A stretch of DNA of 64,000 bases from Planctomycetota bacterium (GTDB lineage: Bacteria; Planctomycetota; UBA1135): positions 1 through 64,000 of the forward strand of contig JASFYO010000036.1 in the NCBI GenBank assembly GCA_045047305.1, read 5' to 3'. Positions within the stretch are counted from its first letter, which is position 1. The number at the start of each line of letters is the position of its first letter. The notes under the pieces were generated by a model. The model was not told the origin of the DNA, did not search any database, and saw only the letters and a program-made list of their open reading frames with translations. Below, piece after piece: positions 31,685 through 41,672 of the stretch. The position numbers were made by a program, and so were the translations under genes.

Positions 31685-32185
31685 TCAAGACAGCCTACGG
31701 CGGCACTCTTGGACGAATTCCGCAGCCCCTGAGCCGTCCAGAGGCACGACCACAGCCGCCGTCGGCGATAATTGAAGGTATGCGCGCCCCTCATCCTCTA
31801 CGATTCCAACCAGCGACGCCCACGGAAGGCAACTTTCCGCCGTGGCAATACGAGCATCGATCCCCTCCTCCGTGATCTCTAAACAATAGTCGCCGAGAAT
31901 CGCGGCCGCTGCTCCGGCGCGCTCCAGTTTGCGTAAATGTTTATGTGTGCGAAACTCAGCCAATTTCGGATAAAGAATGATCCACGCAAAGGCCAGACTC
32001 ATCATGGAGCCACCCACCACCCAGTCGCCCAAACTCAAACCTGCAAAAATGCCAAAGGTGAAGTAAACCACCGGCAACCCGATGTGACTGATTTTGCGCG
32101 CGCGGGCTAAGCTCGGCACGGTGCGGTTCACGTACAACGTGAACGCTGCCCAATCTTCAAAGCGCAAGGTGTATTCAAGCTTCAT
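31685..32185 (-). CDS. YcxB-family membrane protein
   Basis: Two TM helices plus a C-terminal ITEEGI...LPW domain. Confidence 0.65.
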   Translation of the reverse strand: MKLEYTLRFEDWAAFTLYVNRTVPSLARARKISHIGLPVVYFTFGIFAGLSLGDWVVGGSMMSLAFAWIILYPKLAEFRTHKHLRKLERAGAAAAILGDYCLEITEEGIDARIATAESCLPWASLVGIVEDEGRAYLQLSPTAAVVVPLDGSGAAEFVQECRRRLS

Positions 32186-32196
32186 GGCGGATGCGG

Positions 32197-32358
32197 CTAA
32201 AGGTCTTCAGGCGGGATGGGGTCGTCGTCGAGCAGCATGCGATGGCTTGGCGTATCTAAGTCATCAAATTGACCACGACGGACGGCCCAAGTAAATCCCC
32301 ATACTGCAGCCGCGGCAATGAGCAGGGCTAAAGGAAGTACGATGAAGAGAACCGTCAT
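32197..32358 (-). CDS. ccoS: cbb3 oxidase maturation protein CcoS/FixS (53 aa, not in ORF track)
   Basis: Hand translation MTVLFIVLPLALLIAAAAVWGFTWAVRRGQFDDLDTPSHRMLLDDD...; ATGA overlap with ccoI. Confidence 0.92.
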   Translation of the reverse strand: MTVLFIVLPLALLIAAAAVWGFTWAVRRGQFDDLDTPSHRMLLDDDPIPPEDL

Positions 32359-34808
32359 GAGGATTGGAAGGATTTAGAGCGCCAAGCAATGCTAACCACA
32401 GTCAGCGAACTCACCGGCATCAGGACCGCGGCGACCAAGGGGTTTAGTAAACCGGCCATCGCGAGCGTCACACCAAGTGCATTGTAAGCGAGTGATACCA
32501 ACAGATTGCACCGGATGACGCCTACGCTACGAGCAGCTCCCTCGAGCAAACGCGCAATGCCGTTCGTGCCCGGAATGGAAAGGAAAACGTCGGCGGCGGC
32601 GAGGGAAGCTTCGGCACTTCCATGCACGGCAATCCCTACATCTGCGGCGGCGAGTGCAGCGGCATCGTTCCAACCATCTCCGACCATAAGCACCGGTCGG
32701 GGGTGGGACGACGCCTTTTCTTTTGCCATAAATGCTTCCACCATTTCCAGCTTAGCCTCAGGAGTCATTTCGCCCTTGCAACGTTCCGGATCGATTTCCA
32801 GTTTTCGTGCCACCGCTTGCACTACCGAGGGGTGGTCGCCCGACAACATGTGCAACTCCCAACCCTTCTGCTTGAGCTTTTGCACCACCTCCCGGGCATC
32901 GGCTTGCAGCGGATCGCCGATTCCAGCAACCACAACTTCATCACCCTGGCAAATGGCCACCGGCGAAAGTGCTTGGGCAATCACGGTATCCAGTTGCTCT
33001 TGTGGAACGACCAGCCCCATGGACTGCACCCACGCCGGAGAGCCAATGCAATATTGCACTCCACCGACCTTGCCCCGAACCCCTCCTCCAGGGATGACCG
33101 CAAGCTCCGCGACGGCCGGTAACTCCACATCCTCCGCGACTAAGTCGCGCAAGGCTAAGGCGAAAGGATGGGAAGCGTGTTGCTCCAATGCTGCGGTGGC
33201 GGCAGCTAGCTTTCTACTACCTACCCAATGCACCACCGACATTTTGCCTTGCGTCAGAGTGCCGGTCTTATCTAACAACAAAATACCTGGCTTCGACAAG
33301 CGCTCCAATGCATCGCCGCCCTTGATTAGAATTCCGGCTCGTGCTGCACGTCCGACCGCAGCAACCACGGCAAGTGGAGTGGCGAGTCCAAGTGCACACG
33401 GGCAAGCCACGATGAGGAGTGCGATGGCATGTTCCAGCGCATCGGTCGAACCTTGGTAGGTCCAAAAGGCATAAGTTATAAAAGCCAAGGCTAAAACCAC
33501 GATGGTAAAGGTGCCAGAAACCCGATCGGCCAAACGTACCATTTTGCCTGGGCGTTTCGCATACTCCTCCACTAACTGCATCAAACGCCCGACGCGACTG
33601 TCTTCTCCACTCGCCTTAACCTCGAGTTCCACACGCTCGCCGAGGTTAATGCTCCCGGCATAAACCACATCGCCAGGATGAAATTTCTTCGGCGCGGACT
33701 CTCCGCTAAGCACTTTCAAATCAAAGCTTGTACTGGCCGAAAGTAAGGTGCCATCGGCCGGAATGGTTTCGCTACCTAACACCTCGATGCGGTCGCCAGG
33801 CCGGAGCGACAAAATCGGGACTTGCTCGCTGCCGTGCTGCAAAATCCGCGTAGCAGATCCAGGCGTGAGCGCATGCATGAGTTCCAGGGCCTCGTACGCC
33901 CGACGTTGCTGTTTTTGCTGCACGAAACGTCCGACCAAAAGGAAGAACACTAAAATCGCTACCGACTCGAAGTAGACCTCCCCGATGTTGTGAAAGGTGT
34001 TCCAGGCACCGCCCAAAAATCCAGCACTCAGTCCAAGTGCAATCGGTAGGTCCATATGCGGAGTGCGTGTACGTAAGGCTGCCCATGCTCCACGAAAAAA
34101 AATGCGTCCGGGCCACAACAAAATGAGTGCGGTTAATCCCAACGAACTCCAACGGAAGAAATTGCGGTACACATCTTCCATGCCGGAAAGAAAACCGCCA
34201 TAGAGCGCGAAGGCAATCATCATCACGTTGCCCGCAATCGCTCCAGCCACTCCAATCCGCATCAAGGCTGCCCGCGATTCCGCACGCCGACGCTCTTGCT
34301 CTTCTCCCTCCACCACCGGATGCGGTGGATAACCCAAACGATCCAAGGCCACCGCGATTTGCGCCAAGGAGACGATGCCTTCTTGCCATTGCAACTGCAC
34401 TAAAGAGCGTCCCATATCTAAGCGCGACTCAATCAAACCCGGAAGGATGCTGGGCAATTTCTCAACTAGCCATACGCAAGCTGCGCAATGCACCCCTTCC
34501 AAAAAGAAAGTTGTATGCGCAATGCCATCCTGAACCTCGACATAACGATCTTGGAAATCGGCATGATCAAATTCAAAAAAAGCGCGTCCGGAACTCACCG
34601 CGGGCCGTGCATCGTCCTGGGTGTTGGCGACTAAATCGTAGTAGCGCTGCAATCCAAACGACTGCAATGTTTCAAAAACCACCTTGCACCCAGCACAACA
34701 GAACTGGTGTTGCGCTCCCGCCTCGACCAAACCCTCGGGCACCGGAAGACTGCAGTGAGTGCAGTCGACCTTAGTGGCCGTGGGCTTCGACTGGGGTACT
34801 GGGTTCAC
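32355..34808 (-). CDS. ccoI: Cu-translocating P1B-type ATPase CcoI/FixI
   Basis: CTHC/CCAGC, CAAC HMA, CPC, DKTGT, HP, GDGWND; cco context. Confidence 0.9.
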   Translation of the reverse strand: MNPVPQSKPTATKVDCTHCSLPVPEGLVEAGAQHQFCCAGCKVVFETLQSFGLQRYYDLVANTQDDARPAVSSGRAFFEFDHADFQDRYVEVQDGIAHTTFFLEGVHCAACVWLVEKLPSILPGLIESRLDMGRSLVQLQWQEGIVSLAQIAVALDRLGYPPHPVVEGEEQERRRAESRAALMRIGVAGAIAGNVMMIAFALYGGFLSGMEDVYRNFFRWSSLGLTALILLWPGRIFFRGAWAALRTRTPHMDLPIALGLSAGFLGGAWNTFHNIGEVYFESVAILVFFLLVGRFVQQKQQRRAYEALELMHALTPGSATRILQHGSEQVPILSLRPGDRIEVLGSETIPADGTLLSASTSFDLKVLSGESAPKKFHPGDVVYAGSINLGERVELEVKASGEDSRVGRLMQLVEEYAKRPGKMVRLADRVSGTFTIVVLALAFITYAFWTYQGSTDALEHAIALLIVACPCALGLATPLAVVAAVGRAARAGILIKGGDALERLSKPGILLLDKTGTLTQGKMSVVHWVGSRKLAAATAALEQHASHPFALALRDLVAEDVELPAVAELAVIPGGGVRGKVGGVQYCIGSPAWVQSMGLVVPQEQLDTVIAQALSPVAICQGDEVVVAGIGDPLQADAREVVQKLKQKGWELHMLSGDHPSVVQAVARKLEIDPERCKGEMTPEAKLEMVEAFMAKEKASSHPRPVLMVGDGWNDAAALAAADVGIAVHGSAEASLAAADVFLSIPGTNGIARLLEGAARSVGVIRCNLLVSLAYNALGVTLAMAGLLNPLVAAVLMPVSSLTVVSIAWRSKSFQSS

Positions 34809-35514
34809 AACAAGCAGGCGTGGTTTGCCCCGCTACTTGAGCCGCGGCAAAGGAAGGTACATCCAGGCGTCCGAGAACGGCCATTAAGCCGACCACAACC
34901 AAGAGCACCGCAGAAAAGGAAGGTACATGACGCTGCATCGGACCTGCAAGTTTTTGCACGCCGACACCTACTGCTGCGAGCGCTGGAACCGTTCCCGCCC
35001 AGAAAACCATCATGCTGACGGCACCCCACCACGGACTTCCAGTGGCTGCAGCCCCGGCTGCGAATAGATAAAGCCAACCGCAGGGTAATAAGGCTGTGAG
35101 CAGCCCCAAAGTGAGGCCACGTAAAAGTGGTCCACGTTGGGTCACTTTGGAGAATCCAGCTTGATAAAAGCGCTGCAAAAAAGCGGGAACCGGAAGCTTG
35201 ACCTGCTTTCCACGTACACGCAGTAAAAGAATGGCGCCGTAAGAAATCATCATCAGGCCGGCAAGCATGATGGCAATACGTCCGAGGCCGAGTGCATTAC
35301 CGCCAAGATCAATGGCAGCTCCGAAACTTCCGGCGAGAAAACCAATCAAGCTGTAGCTGAGAAAACGTCCGCCGTGATACGCAAGTTGTGCATGCTGGCG
35401 TGCGCCGGATTGGGGGGATGCGGAAAGAAAGGCCACCACGCCTCCGCACATGCCCGCGCAGTGCAAGCTCCCCAACAGGCTTGCCACAAACACGGTGCCG
35501 AGTAGGGTTATCAT
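34771..35514 (-). CDS. DsbD_2/TauE-like membrane protein (cbb3 assembly)
   Basis: SLHCAGMCGG and LPCGWLY motifs. Confidence 0.85.
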   Translation of the reverse strand: MITLLGTVFVASLLGSLHCAGMCGGVVAFLSASPQSGARQHAQLAYHGGRFLSYSLIGFLAGSFGAAIDLGGNALGLGRIAIMLAGLMMISYGAILLLRVRGKQVKLPVPAFLQRFYQAGFSKVTQRGPLLRGLTLGLLTALLPCGWLYLFAAGAAATGSPWWGAVSMMVFWAGTVPALAAVGVGVQKLAGPMQRHVPSFSAVLLVVVGLMAVLGRLDVPSFAAAQVAGQTTPACCEPSTPVEAHGH

Positions 35515-36008
35515 GATTTGGAAACTTGGATTTCGCGATCAACGATTTCCCTTAAATCTCCACTCCAAAGTTCTTCGCCACGAGTGAACTGCAATTGCCA
35601 GCGCCAGATCCCGGAGCGCCGCAACGGAATTTGGGTTGCGTAAGTGCCTGGTATTGCTTCGAGCAGCTGCGGCTCAAAAAACTGTTTTGGATAAGCGTTG
35701 TGAAAGGCTTTCAAGTGACTGGTCAATCCTGTCACCGGATGGCCATCACGATCGGTGATGACAAAAGCCACATCGGAATTGCCTTTGGACTGCGCATGCG
35801 TAGTCTGAAATACGACCTTCCAGCCGAGAGCCTCTGAGGCACGCACCTCTTCCATGTGCGCATCCCAATTTTCCGCGGCCTCATAATAATTCTCCACCGC
35901 AGCAAAGTGAGGGTCGCCAAGCGCCAATTGAATCCGCCATACGGCAAAAATAACCGTTGAGAAAAGGACCCAAAAGGGCATCCACTTCCAGGCATTTTCG
36001 GCTTTCAT
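35511..36008 (-). CDS. ccoH: FixH/CcoH family protein
   Basis: One TM, NYY..A..W motif, LGW, position after ccoG. Confidence 0.75.
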   Translation of the reverse strand: MKAENAWKWMPFWVLFSTVIFAVWRIQLALGDPHFAAVENYYEAAENWDAHMEEVRASEALGWKVVFQTTHAQSKGNSDVAFVITDRDGHPVTGLTSHLKAFHNAYPKQFFEPQLLEAIPGTYATQIPLRRSGIWRWQLQFTRGEELWSGDLREIVDREIQVSKS

Positions 36009-36012
36009 GATT

Positions 36013-37395
36013 TCACTTAGAGCTTACCAGATTGGGACCAAATAGGGTCTTCTCTAGCTTGGCGTGGAACTCTTCCCCGTCACTAATGGTGATGTGCAAC
36101 ATGGCTTTACCCTCGATAAAACTTTCCGCCGGAGTAAACACAGGAAGGTTCACTTTCTGCATGCCGTAAGCCTCCAAGGTGATTGGGAAAGGATTTCCTT
36201 TGACCACAGAAGGCCCTTGCACCTCCAGGGTGTAAGTACGTGATTCGGGTGAGCGGTTGCTAATCCGCAAGCTCACTGGCTGCACGATTTCGTTGCCAGA
36301 CTGCGCCGGCACCGAACCTTGGTTGCGTAAGATCATCGCTTCTGAGGATGCGCGGTGGCTCAAGCCAAATCCTAGTCCGCCAAAAATAGCCAGCAGCAAA
36401 AGCGGGTAGACCACTAGGCGTGGACGAAACTTCTTACGCATGACGCCCGCTAGTGAATTTTGTGAGGCAAAACGAATTAAGCCCTTGGGCCTTTCAATTT
36501 TCTCCATCACCGTATCGCAAGCATCGATGCATTGAGTGCAGGCAATGCATTCCAATTGCAGTCCGTCGCGGATATCAATCCCGGTTGGGCATGCTGCCAC
36601 GCACAAACCACAGTCAATACAGTCCCCTTGGCTGTCGACATTCTCGACATGACTCTTTTTGCCACGCGGCTCGCCACGTTTTTCATCGTATCCCACAATC
36701 AAGGAGTCGCGGTCAAGTAGCACTGATTGCAAACGCGCATACGGACACACCAAAGTGCACATTTGCTCGCGGAAGAATACGAAGTCGAACATCATCAGTG
36801 CAGTCACAGCAAGGACCACGCCAAATGCAGCTGGGTGATCGCCAGGCATATGCCAGCTCCAGGACCAAACTTCTGCGGGGCCAGCAAAGTAAGCGAGGAA
36901 GGTATTCGATAGATGAAGCGAGAACACCAAGAAGATGGCGTACTTCAGAACCTTGCGCCACAAGGCCACCTTCTTTTTGGAGTTACCGCTTTTGTTGCCC
37001 TCGGCCCAACGTTCGATCGGGCGGTAAAGGAATTCCAGGTACACCGTTTGTGGACAAGCCCAACCGCACCAACCGCGTCCGAGAATAGCGGTAATCAGGA
37101 AGATTCCGAAGAACACCCCAATCAAGAGCAAGGCCAGCAACAAGACCTCGGTGGGTTGGAAAGTGGTGCCGAAGAAAGTGAATTCACGGTGCACCACATC
37201 CAGCAGCATGACTGGGCGTCCCCCAATCGTCATCCACGGGATGGCGCTGAACATGATCATCAAAATCCACGCCACCACACGACGCCGGCTCCACCATTTC
37301 CCCATAGCGGCCTTAGGGCGTATCCAACGACGGGTGCCGTCTGGATTTAAGGTCGAAAGGACGCGTTCTAGGGGATCCACCAAGTTGTCTGACAT
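36013..37395 (-). CDS. ccoG: cbb3 oxidase accessory protein CcoG
   Basis: GRGWCGWACPQT, C...CPY, CIDCGLCVAACPTGIDIR, CIACTQCIDAC. Confidence 0.95.
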   Translation of the reverse strand: MSDNLVDPLERVLSTLNPDGTRRWIRPKAAMGKWWSRRRVVAWILMIMFSAIPWMTIGGRPVMLLDVVHREFTFFGTTFQPTEVLLLALLLIGVFFGIFLITAILGRGWCGWACPQTVYLEFLYRPIERWAEGNKSGNSKKKVALWRKVLKYAIFLVFSLHLSNTFLAYFAGPAEVWSWSWHMPGDHPAAFGVVLAVTALMMFDFVFFREQMCTLVCPYARLQSVLLDRDSLIVGYDEKRGEPRGKKSHVENVDSQGDCIDCGLCVAACPTGIDIRDGLQLECIACTQCIDACDTVMEKIERPKGLIRFASQNSLAGVMRKKFRPRLVVYPLLLLAIFGGLGFGLSHRASSEAMILRNQGSVPAQSGNEIVQPVSLRISNRSPESRTYTLEVQGPSVVKGNPFPITLEAYGMQKVNLPVFTPAESFIEGKAMLHITISDGEEFHAKLEKTLFGPNLVSSK

Positions 37396-37456
37396 CGTTC
37401 TGCTCCAGTCCACTCAGTGTGATTTTGCCAAGCAAGGTTCCAAGGCAAACATGGAA

Positions 37457-38059
37457 TTATTGACTACCCCAAGCAGGCATTTTCTCGCCTTCCGCTGCCT
37501 TCGGATTGGCAGGTGTGGTGCCACGCAAACTAGCAACGAAAACCGCGACATCTGCGATTTCGTTCTCGTTCATAGTGGCAGACTGCGACAACATTGCAGT
37601 ACCTGGAACACCATGGGTGATGACTCTCACGATGTCTTCCATCGACTGAATGTTCTTACCGAAATCGTCGCAGAAGTTGGGTCCTAGTCCGATGACGCCT
37701 CCACCATCCGGCGCATGGCATGCGGTGCACCCTACAGTCGCAAACTTAGCTTTCCCGCGAGCAAGGTGGGCTGGATCTTGCATCAAAGCAAACAATCCTT
37801 CTGCACTGGTATCTGCTTGTGGACGTGCCGCTTCCCGCGCAAGCTGAGCCGCGACATCGGCCTCGTAATGATCGTAGACCGTGTTGCCGTCGGCAAAGTG
37901 GTACCACCAGGTGTAAGGGATTGCGAACAGGATCGATCCCAGGAAAATGGCTTTCCACCATCCAGGCAACGGATTATCGAATTCCTGAATGCCATCGTAA
38001 TTGTGCTCGAGGAGGATGTCCTCTTGTGTTGAGTCCGGAAGTTTTTGCTGATCAGACAT
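37457..38059 (-). CDS. ccoP: cbb3 oxidase subunit III, mono-heme CcoP
   Basis: HNYDGIQEFDNPLPGWW; single CTACH. Confidence 0.92.
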   Translation of the reverse strand: MSDQQKLPDSTQEDILLEHNYDGIQEFDNPLPGWWKAIFLGSILFAIPYTWWYHFADGNTVYDHYEADVAAQLAREAARPQADTSAEGLFALMQDPAHLARGKAKFATVGCTACHAPDGGGVIGLGPNFCDDFGKNIQSMEDIVRVITHGVPGTAMLSQSATMNENEIADVAVFVASLRGTTPANPKAAEGEKMPAWGSQ

Positions 38060-38246
38060 TGCGCGTCTCCTTTGCGCGGGAGTCCGGAGTGGAAGCGAGT
38101 TGGCCTTCCTCTAAGGGCAACCTGGATTCAGTTGGGAACTGCTTCGCGCGGCGCGAGAAGAAGGCCCATAGAATCACGCCGACGAAAAAGAGGCAAAAAA
38201 ACAACATGGTCATCTGCTTGATGAAAGAGAGATTGAAGTATTCCAC
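38052..38246 (-). CDS. ccoQ: cbb3 oxidase subunit CcoQ
   Basis: One TM, F...SRLPL, between ccoO and ccoP. Confidence 0.8.
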   Translation of the reverse strand: MEYFNLSFIKQMTMLFFCLFFVGVILWAFFSRRAKQFPTESRLPLEEGQLASTPDSRAKETRNV

Positions 38247-40462
38247 TACTTGCCCCCCTCGCCAAGATTCCCATCGTTGGATGTGGTCTCAGGCATCTTG
38301 CCGATGTCGGTTCCGAGGCGTTGCAGATAAGCGATGAGCGCAACCACTTGTTTGGTTTCAAACCCGCTCAGGCTTGCACTCTCCTTTTCGATCTGCGCTG
38401 CAATCTGCGCTGCCTGCTGCCGCGCATTTTCAGCACCATTGGCGATTTCCTCATCCGTGTAAGGCACACCTAAAATTTGGTTCGCCTTCATGTGGCGCGG
38501 AATGACATCGAAATCAATCTCCTTCTTGAGCATGTGCGCATAAGGAGGCATGATCGATCCGACCGACGTCTCCTGTGGGTCATTCAAGTGCCGCAGGTGC
38601 CAGCTTGCCGTCAGCGGACGGGTGCCCACACGATGCAAATCTGGGCCAATGCGTCGAGAGCCCCACTGGAATGGGTGGTCGTACACAAACTCGCCTGCCT
38701 TGCTGTACTCACCGAATCTCTCGGTTTCAAAGTGCAACGGGCGCACCATTTGCGAGTGACAGTTGTAGCAACCTTCTGCGACGTACATATCACGACCAGC
38801 CAACTCCAATGGCGTGTACGGTTTCACTGAGGCAATGGTTGGCACATTGGAATCGATGACGAAGGTTGGAATGATCTCGAACAAGGATGCCGAGACAATG
38901 GCAACCACAACCCAAATGGTAAATTTGAGCGGCTTGCCTTCCCAAGCGCGGTGCCAGTTCATGGCCCGGAAGCCACCGGTGCTTGGAGCAGCCTTGTAGT
39001 TCGGATCCAAAGCAGGTGCTTCGTAAACCGGTTCCGCATAAGTAGCTGGGCGGTTCTTCCAGGTAAGTATGAGGTTCGTCAATCCGAGAATGGCGCCGGT
39101 CAAGTAGAGGCCACCACCGAATGCGCGAATCCAGTACATCGGGATGAGAGGTCTGACGGTCTCGAGGAAGTCTGGATATTCCAAGGTCCCTTCAGCAGTG
39201 AACGCGCGCCACATCAAGCCTTGAGTCAGGCCAGCCGCGTAAATCGCCACGATGTAAAGCACAATGCCGATGGTGCCCATCCAGAAGTGCATGTTGACCC
39301 ACTTTGGTTTGGCGACCTCTGTCTGGAACAAACGGGGCATCAGCCAGTAAACCATGCCGAAAATCATGAAGCCCACCCAACCGAGAGTGCCGGCATGCAC
39401 GTGCGCGATAGTCCAGTCGGTGTAGTGGCTCAACGAGTTCACCGACTTAATCGACAGTAATGGACCCTCGAAAGTGGACATGCCGTAAAAGGTGATGGCC
39501 ACAACGTAAAATTTAAGGATAGGGTCGGTTGATACGCGGTGCCAAGCGCCACGCAAAGTCAGTAAACCGTTCAACATACCGCCCCAAGACGGCATCCACA
39601 GCATCACCGAAAACAGCATGGCTAAGGTCGATGCCCATTCCGGCAACGCGGTGTAATGCAGATGGTGAGGTCCGGCCCAGATGTAGATAAACACCAGGGA
39701 CCAAAAGTGCAGAATGGACAGTTTGTAACTGAACACCGGGCGCTCAGCAGCCTTCGGCAAGAAGTAGTACATCAGGCCGAGGAAGGGCGTGGTCAAAAAG
39801 AAGGCCACTGCATTATGTCCATACCACCACTGCATGAAGGCGTCTTGGACACCAGCGTACAGCGAGTAAGACTTCATCGGGCCGGCGATCACCCACAGGT
39901 TGTTAAAGATATGCAGAACCGCAATCGCGATAATCGTTGCGATGTAGAACCACAGCGCCACATACAAGTGACGTTCGCGGCGAATCTTCAAGGTGCCGAA
40001 AAAGTTAACCGCAAACACCAACCAGATGATGGTGATAGCGATGTCGATTGGCCATTCCAGTTCCGCGTATTCCTTACCTTGGGTAAAACCAAACGGCAGC
40101 GTGAACACCGCGGACAAAATAATCGTCTGCCAACCCCAGAAGTGAATGTTCGACAACTTGTCGCTGAACATCCTCGTTTTCAATAAGCGCTGACTGGAGT
40201 AATACACTGCCGCAAAAATTCCGTTGCCGGCAAAAGCGAAAATCACTGCATTGGTATGCAGCGGGCGAAGACGTCCGAAGGTGGTCCACTCAAGTCCAAG
40301 GTTGAAACGGGAGTCTGCGAGTTGCAGCGCGATGATGACACCGACCAAGAGGCCTACAACCCCCCAGATAAAGCATGCGAATACGAATTTACGGACAATG
40401 CCGTCGTCGTATGTGAATCGTTCGAGTGCTCTCGCCGTAACGGAAGAAGTCAGATCGTTCAT
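38246..40462 (-). CDS. ccoN: Fused cbb3 oxidase subunits I/II (CcoN-CcoO)
   Basis: RLRPLHTN, WWYGHNAV, WAGPHHL, HVH, then EGCYNCHSQMVRP and WGSRRIGPDL in one ORF. Confidence 0.96.
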   Translation of the reverse strand: MNDLTSSVTARALERFTYDDGIVRKFVFACFIWGVVGLLVGVIIALQLADSRFNLGLEWTTFGRLRPLHTNAVIFAFAGNGIFAAVYYSSQRLLKTRMFSDKLSNIHFWGWQTIILSAVFTLPFGFTQGKEYAELEWPIDIAITIIWLVFAVNFFGTLKIRRERHLYVALWFYIATIIAIAVLHIFNNLWVIAGPMKSYSLYAGVQDAFMQWWYGHNAVAFFLTTPFLGLMYYFLPKAAERPVFSYKLSILHFWSLVFIYIWAGPHHLHYTALPEWASTLAMLFSVMLWMPSWGGMLNGLLTLRGAWHRVSTDPILKFYVVAITFYGMSTFEGPLLSIKSVNSLSHYTDWTIAHVHAGTLGWVGFMIFGMVYWLMPRLFQTEVAKPKWVNMHFWMGTIGIVLYIVAIYAAGLTQGLMWRAFTAEGTLEYPDFLETVRPLIPMYWIRAFGGGLYLTGAILGLTNLILTWKNRPATYAEPVYEAPALDPNYKAAPSTGGFRAMNWHRAWEGKPLKFTIWVVVAIVSASLFEIIPTFVIDSNVPTIASVKPYTPLELAGRDMYVAEGCYNCHSQMVRPLHFETERFGEYSKAGEFVYDHPFQWGSRRIGPDLHRVGTRPLTASWHLRHLNDPQETSVGSIMPPYAHMLKKEIDFDVIPRHMKANQILGVPYTDEEIANGAENARQQAAQIAAQIEKESASLSGFETKQVVALIAYLQRLGTDIGKMPETTSNDGNLGEGGK

Positions 40463-40517
40463 GATTTTTAGAAGTCCTGCGGAATGGCAGAACGGCATGA
40501 TACTGCCTCCCTAAAGC

Positions 40518-40541
40518 AATAAAATAGTATTTACTCTTATT
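40518..40541. promoter_or_regulatory. AT-rich imperfect palindrome upstream of ccoNO
   Basis: AATAAAATAGTATTTACTCTTATT (AATAAnA-N10-TnTTATT). Confidence 0.4.
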
Positions 40542-40625
40542 TCAAAAGGCTTACTCTAAGGTATCTTGAAACCTTTTCCCGGAATTTGGCCTGATCCAGG
40601 AATGGCAACATAATTCTCTATTGTC

Positions 40626-41654
40626 TCAAATCCGTAACAATACTTTGCCGAAGGCTTTACGCCCTGAAACCCTTTCATGGGCACTGGCGACATCCATCAA
40701 ATCAAACTTGGAGTCAATCACAGGGCTCAATTTCCCCTGAAACACCAGCTGCGAGAGCTGCTTCACCTCTCCGAGCCCGCCCATCGTGCTACCGAGCAAA
40801 CTTAAACTCTTAAAGAAGATTGGAGCGAAATTTATTTCCATTTCAGCTCCGCTAGTCACGCCACAGGTCACCAAGCGTCCACCTTTCGCCAACGCCCAAA
40901 TCCCTTTGGGAAGAGTATCCACACCTATGTGATCCACAATGACATCTAGCCCGGCCTTCTGCGTCCAAGCCTTGGCAGCTTGAACCCAGTCTTCGGTACG
41001 GTAGTTGACGCCAAAGTCCGCGCCATTCCCCAGGCCTTGAGCTACCTTTTCATCGCTGCCGGCAGTCACCATCACCGATGCCCCGTGCAGCTTTGCGATT
41101 TGAGTTGCCGCAACCGAAACTCCGCTTCCTGCAGCGTGCACCAACACTTTGTCCCAGGCCTTTAGTTGGCAGCGCGTCATCAGCATGTGCCAGGCAGTTA
41201 AAAATGTGAGCGGGAAAGCTGCTGCCTCATCTAATGGGAAGTCATCGGGTACGGGAATCAAGTTTTCTGCGCGCACTACCGCAAACTCAGCATTACCCCC
41301 ATCGCAAGTCTCTCCGTAGATCCCATAGTCCCGCGCCAAATTGTGGTGGCCTGCGGCAGCTTGCACGCTTGGTGCTACGGTAAAACCAGGAGCGATAGTC
41401 ACCCGTTGGCCGAGAACCGAGGCATCGACGCCAGCTCCCAACTTTTCGACCACCCCACTAAAATCACAGCCTGGCGTGATAGGAAATGGAAACTTGTGGC
41501 CGGGGACGCCTCGCCTCACCCAAGTGTCTAGATGGTTGAGTGCAGCCCATGCGACTTGAATGCGCACTTCCAGAGGACCGGGTTCCGGAACAGGGATCTG
41601 CTCTAGGCGGAGGACGTCGAAGGATCCGTGCTCATGGATGCGGACAGCTTGCAT
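40626..41654 (-). CDS. MDR-family NAD(P)H quinone oxidoreductase-like protein
   Basis: ALNHLD, PGCDFSG, HAAGSGV, GKVLL. Confidence 0.85.
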   Translation of the reverse strand: MQAVRIHEHGSFDVLRLEQIPVPEPGPLEVRIQVAWAALNHLDTWVRRGVPGHKFPFPITPGCDFSGVVEKLGAGVDASVLGQRVTIAPGFTVAPSVQAAAGHHNLARDYGIYGETCDGGNAEFAVVRAENLIPVPDDFPLDEAAAFPLTFLTAWHMLMTRCQLKAWDKVLVHAAGSGVSVAATQIAKLHGASVMVTAGSDEKVAQGLGNGADFGVNYRTEDWVQAAKAWTQKAGLDVIVDHIGVDTLPKGIWALAKGGRLVTCGVTSGAEMEINFAPIFFKSLSLLGSTMGGLGEVKQLSQLVFQGKLSPVIDSKFDLMDVASAHERVSGRKAFGKVLLRI

Positions 41655-41672
41655 CCAGGAATACTAGCGCCG

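Noticed and set aside
32506..33459. 317-aa + strand ORF
   Set aside because: Antisense shadow of ccoI with Ser/Thr/Ala-rich composition
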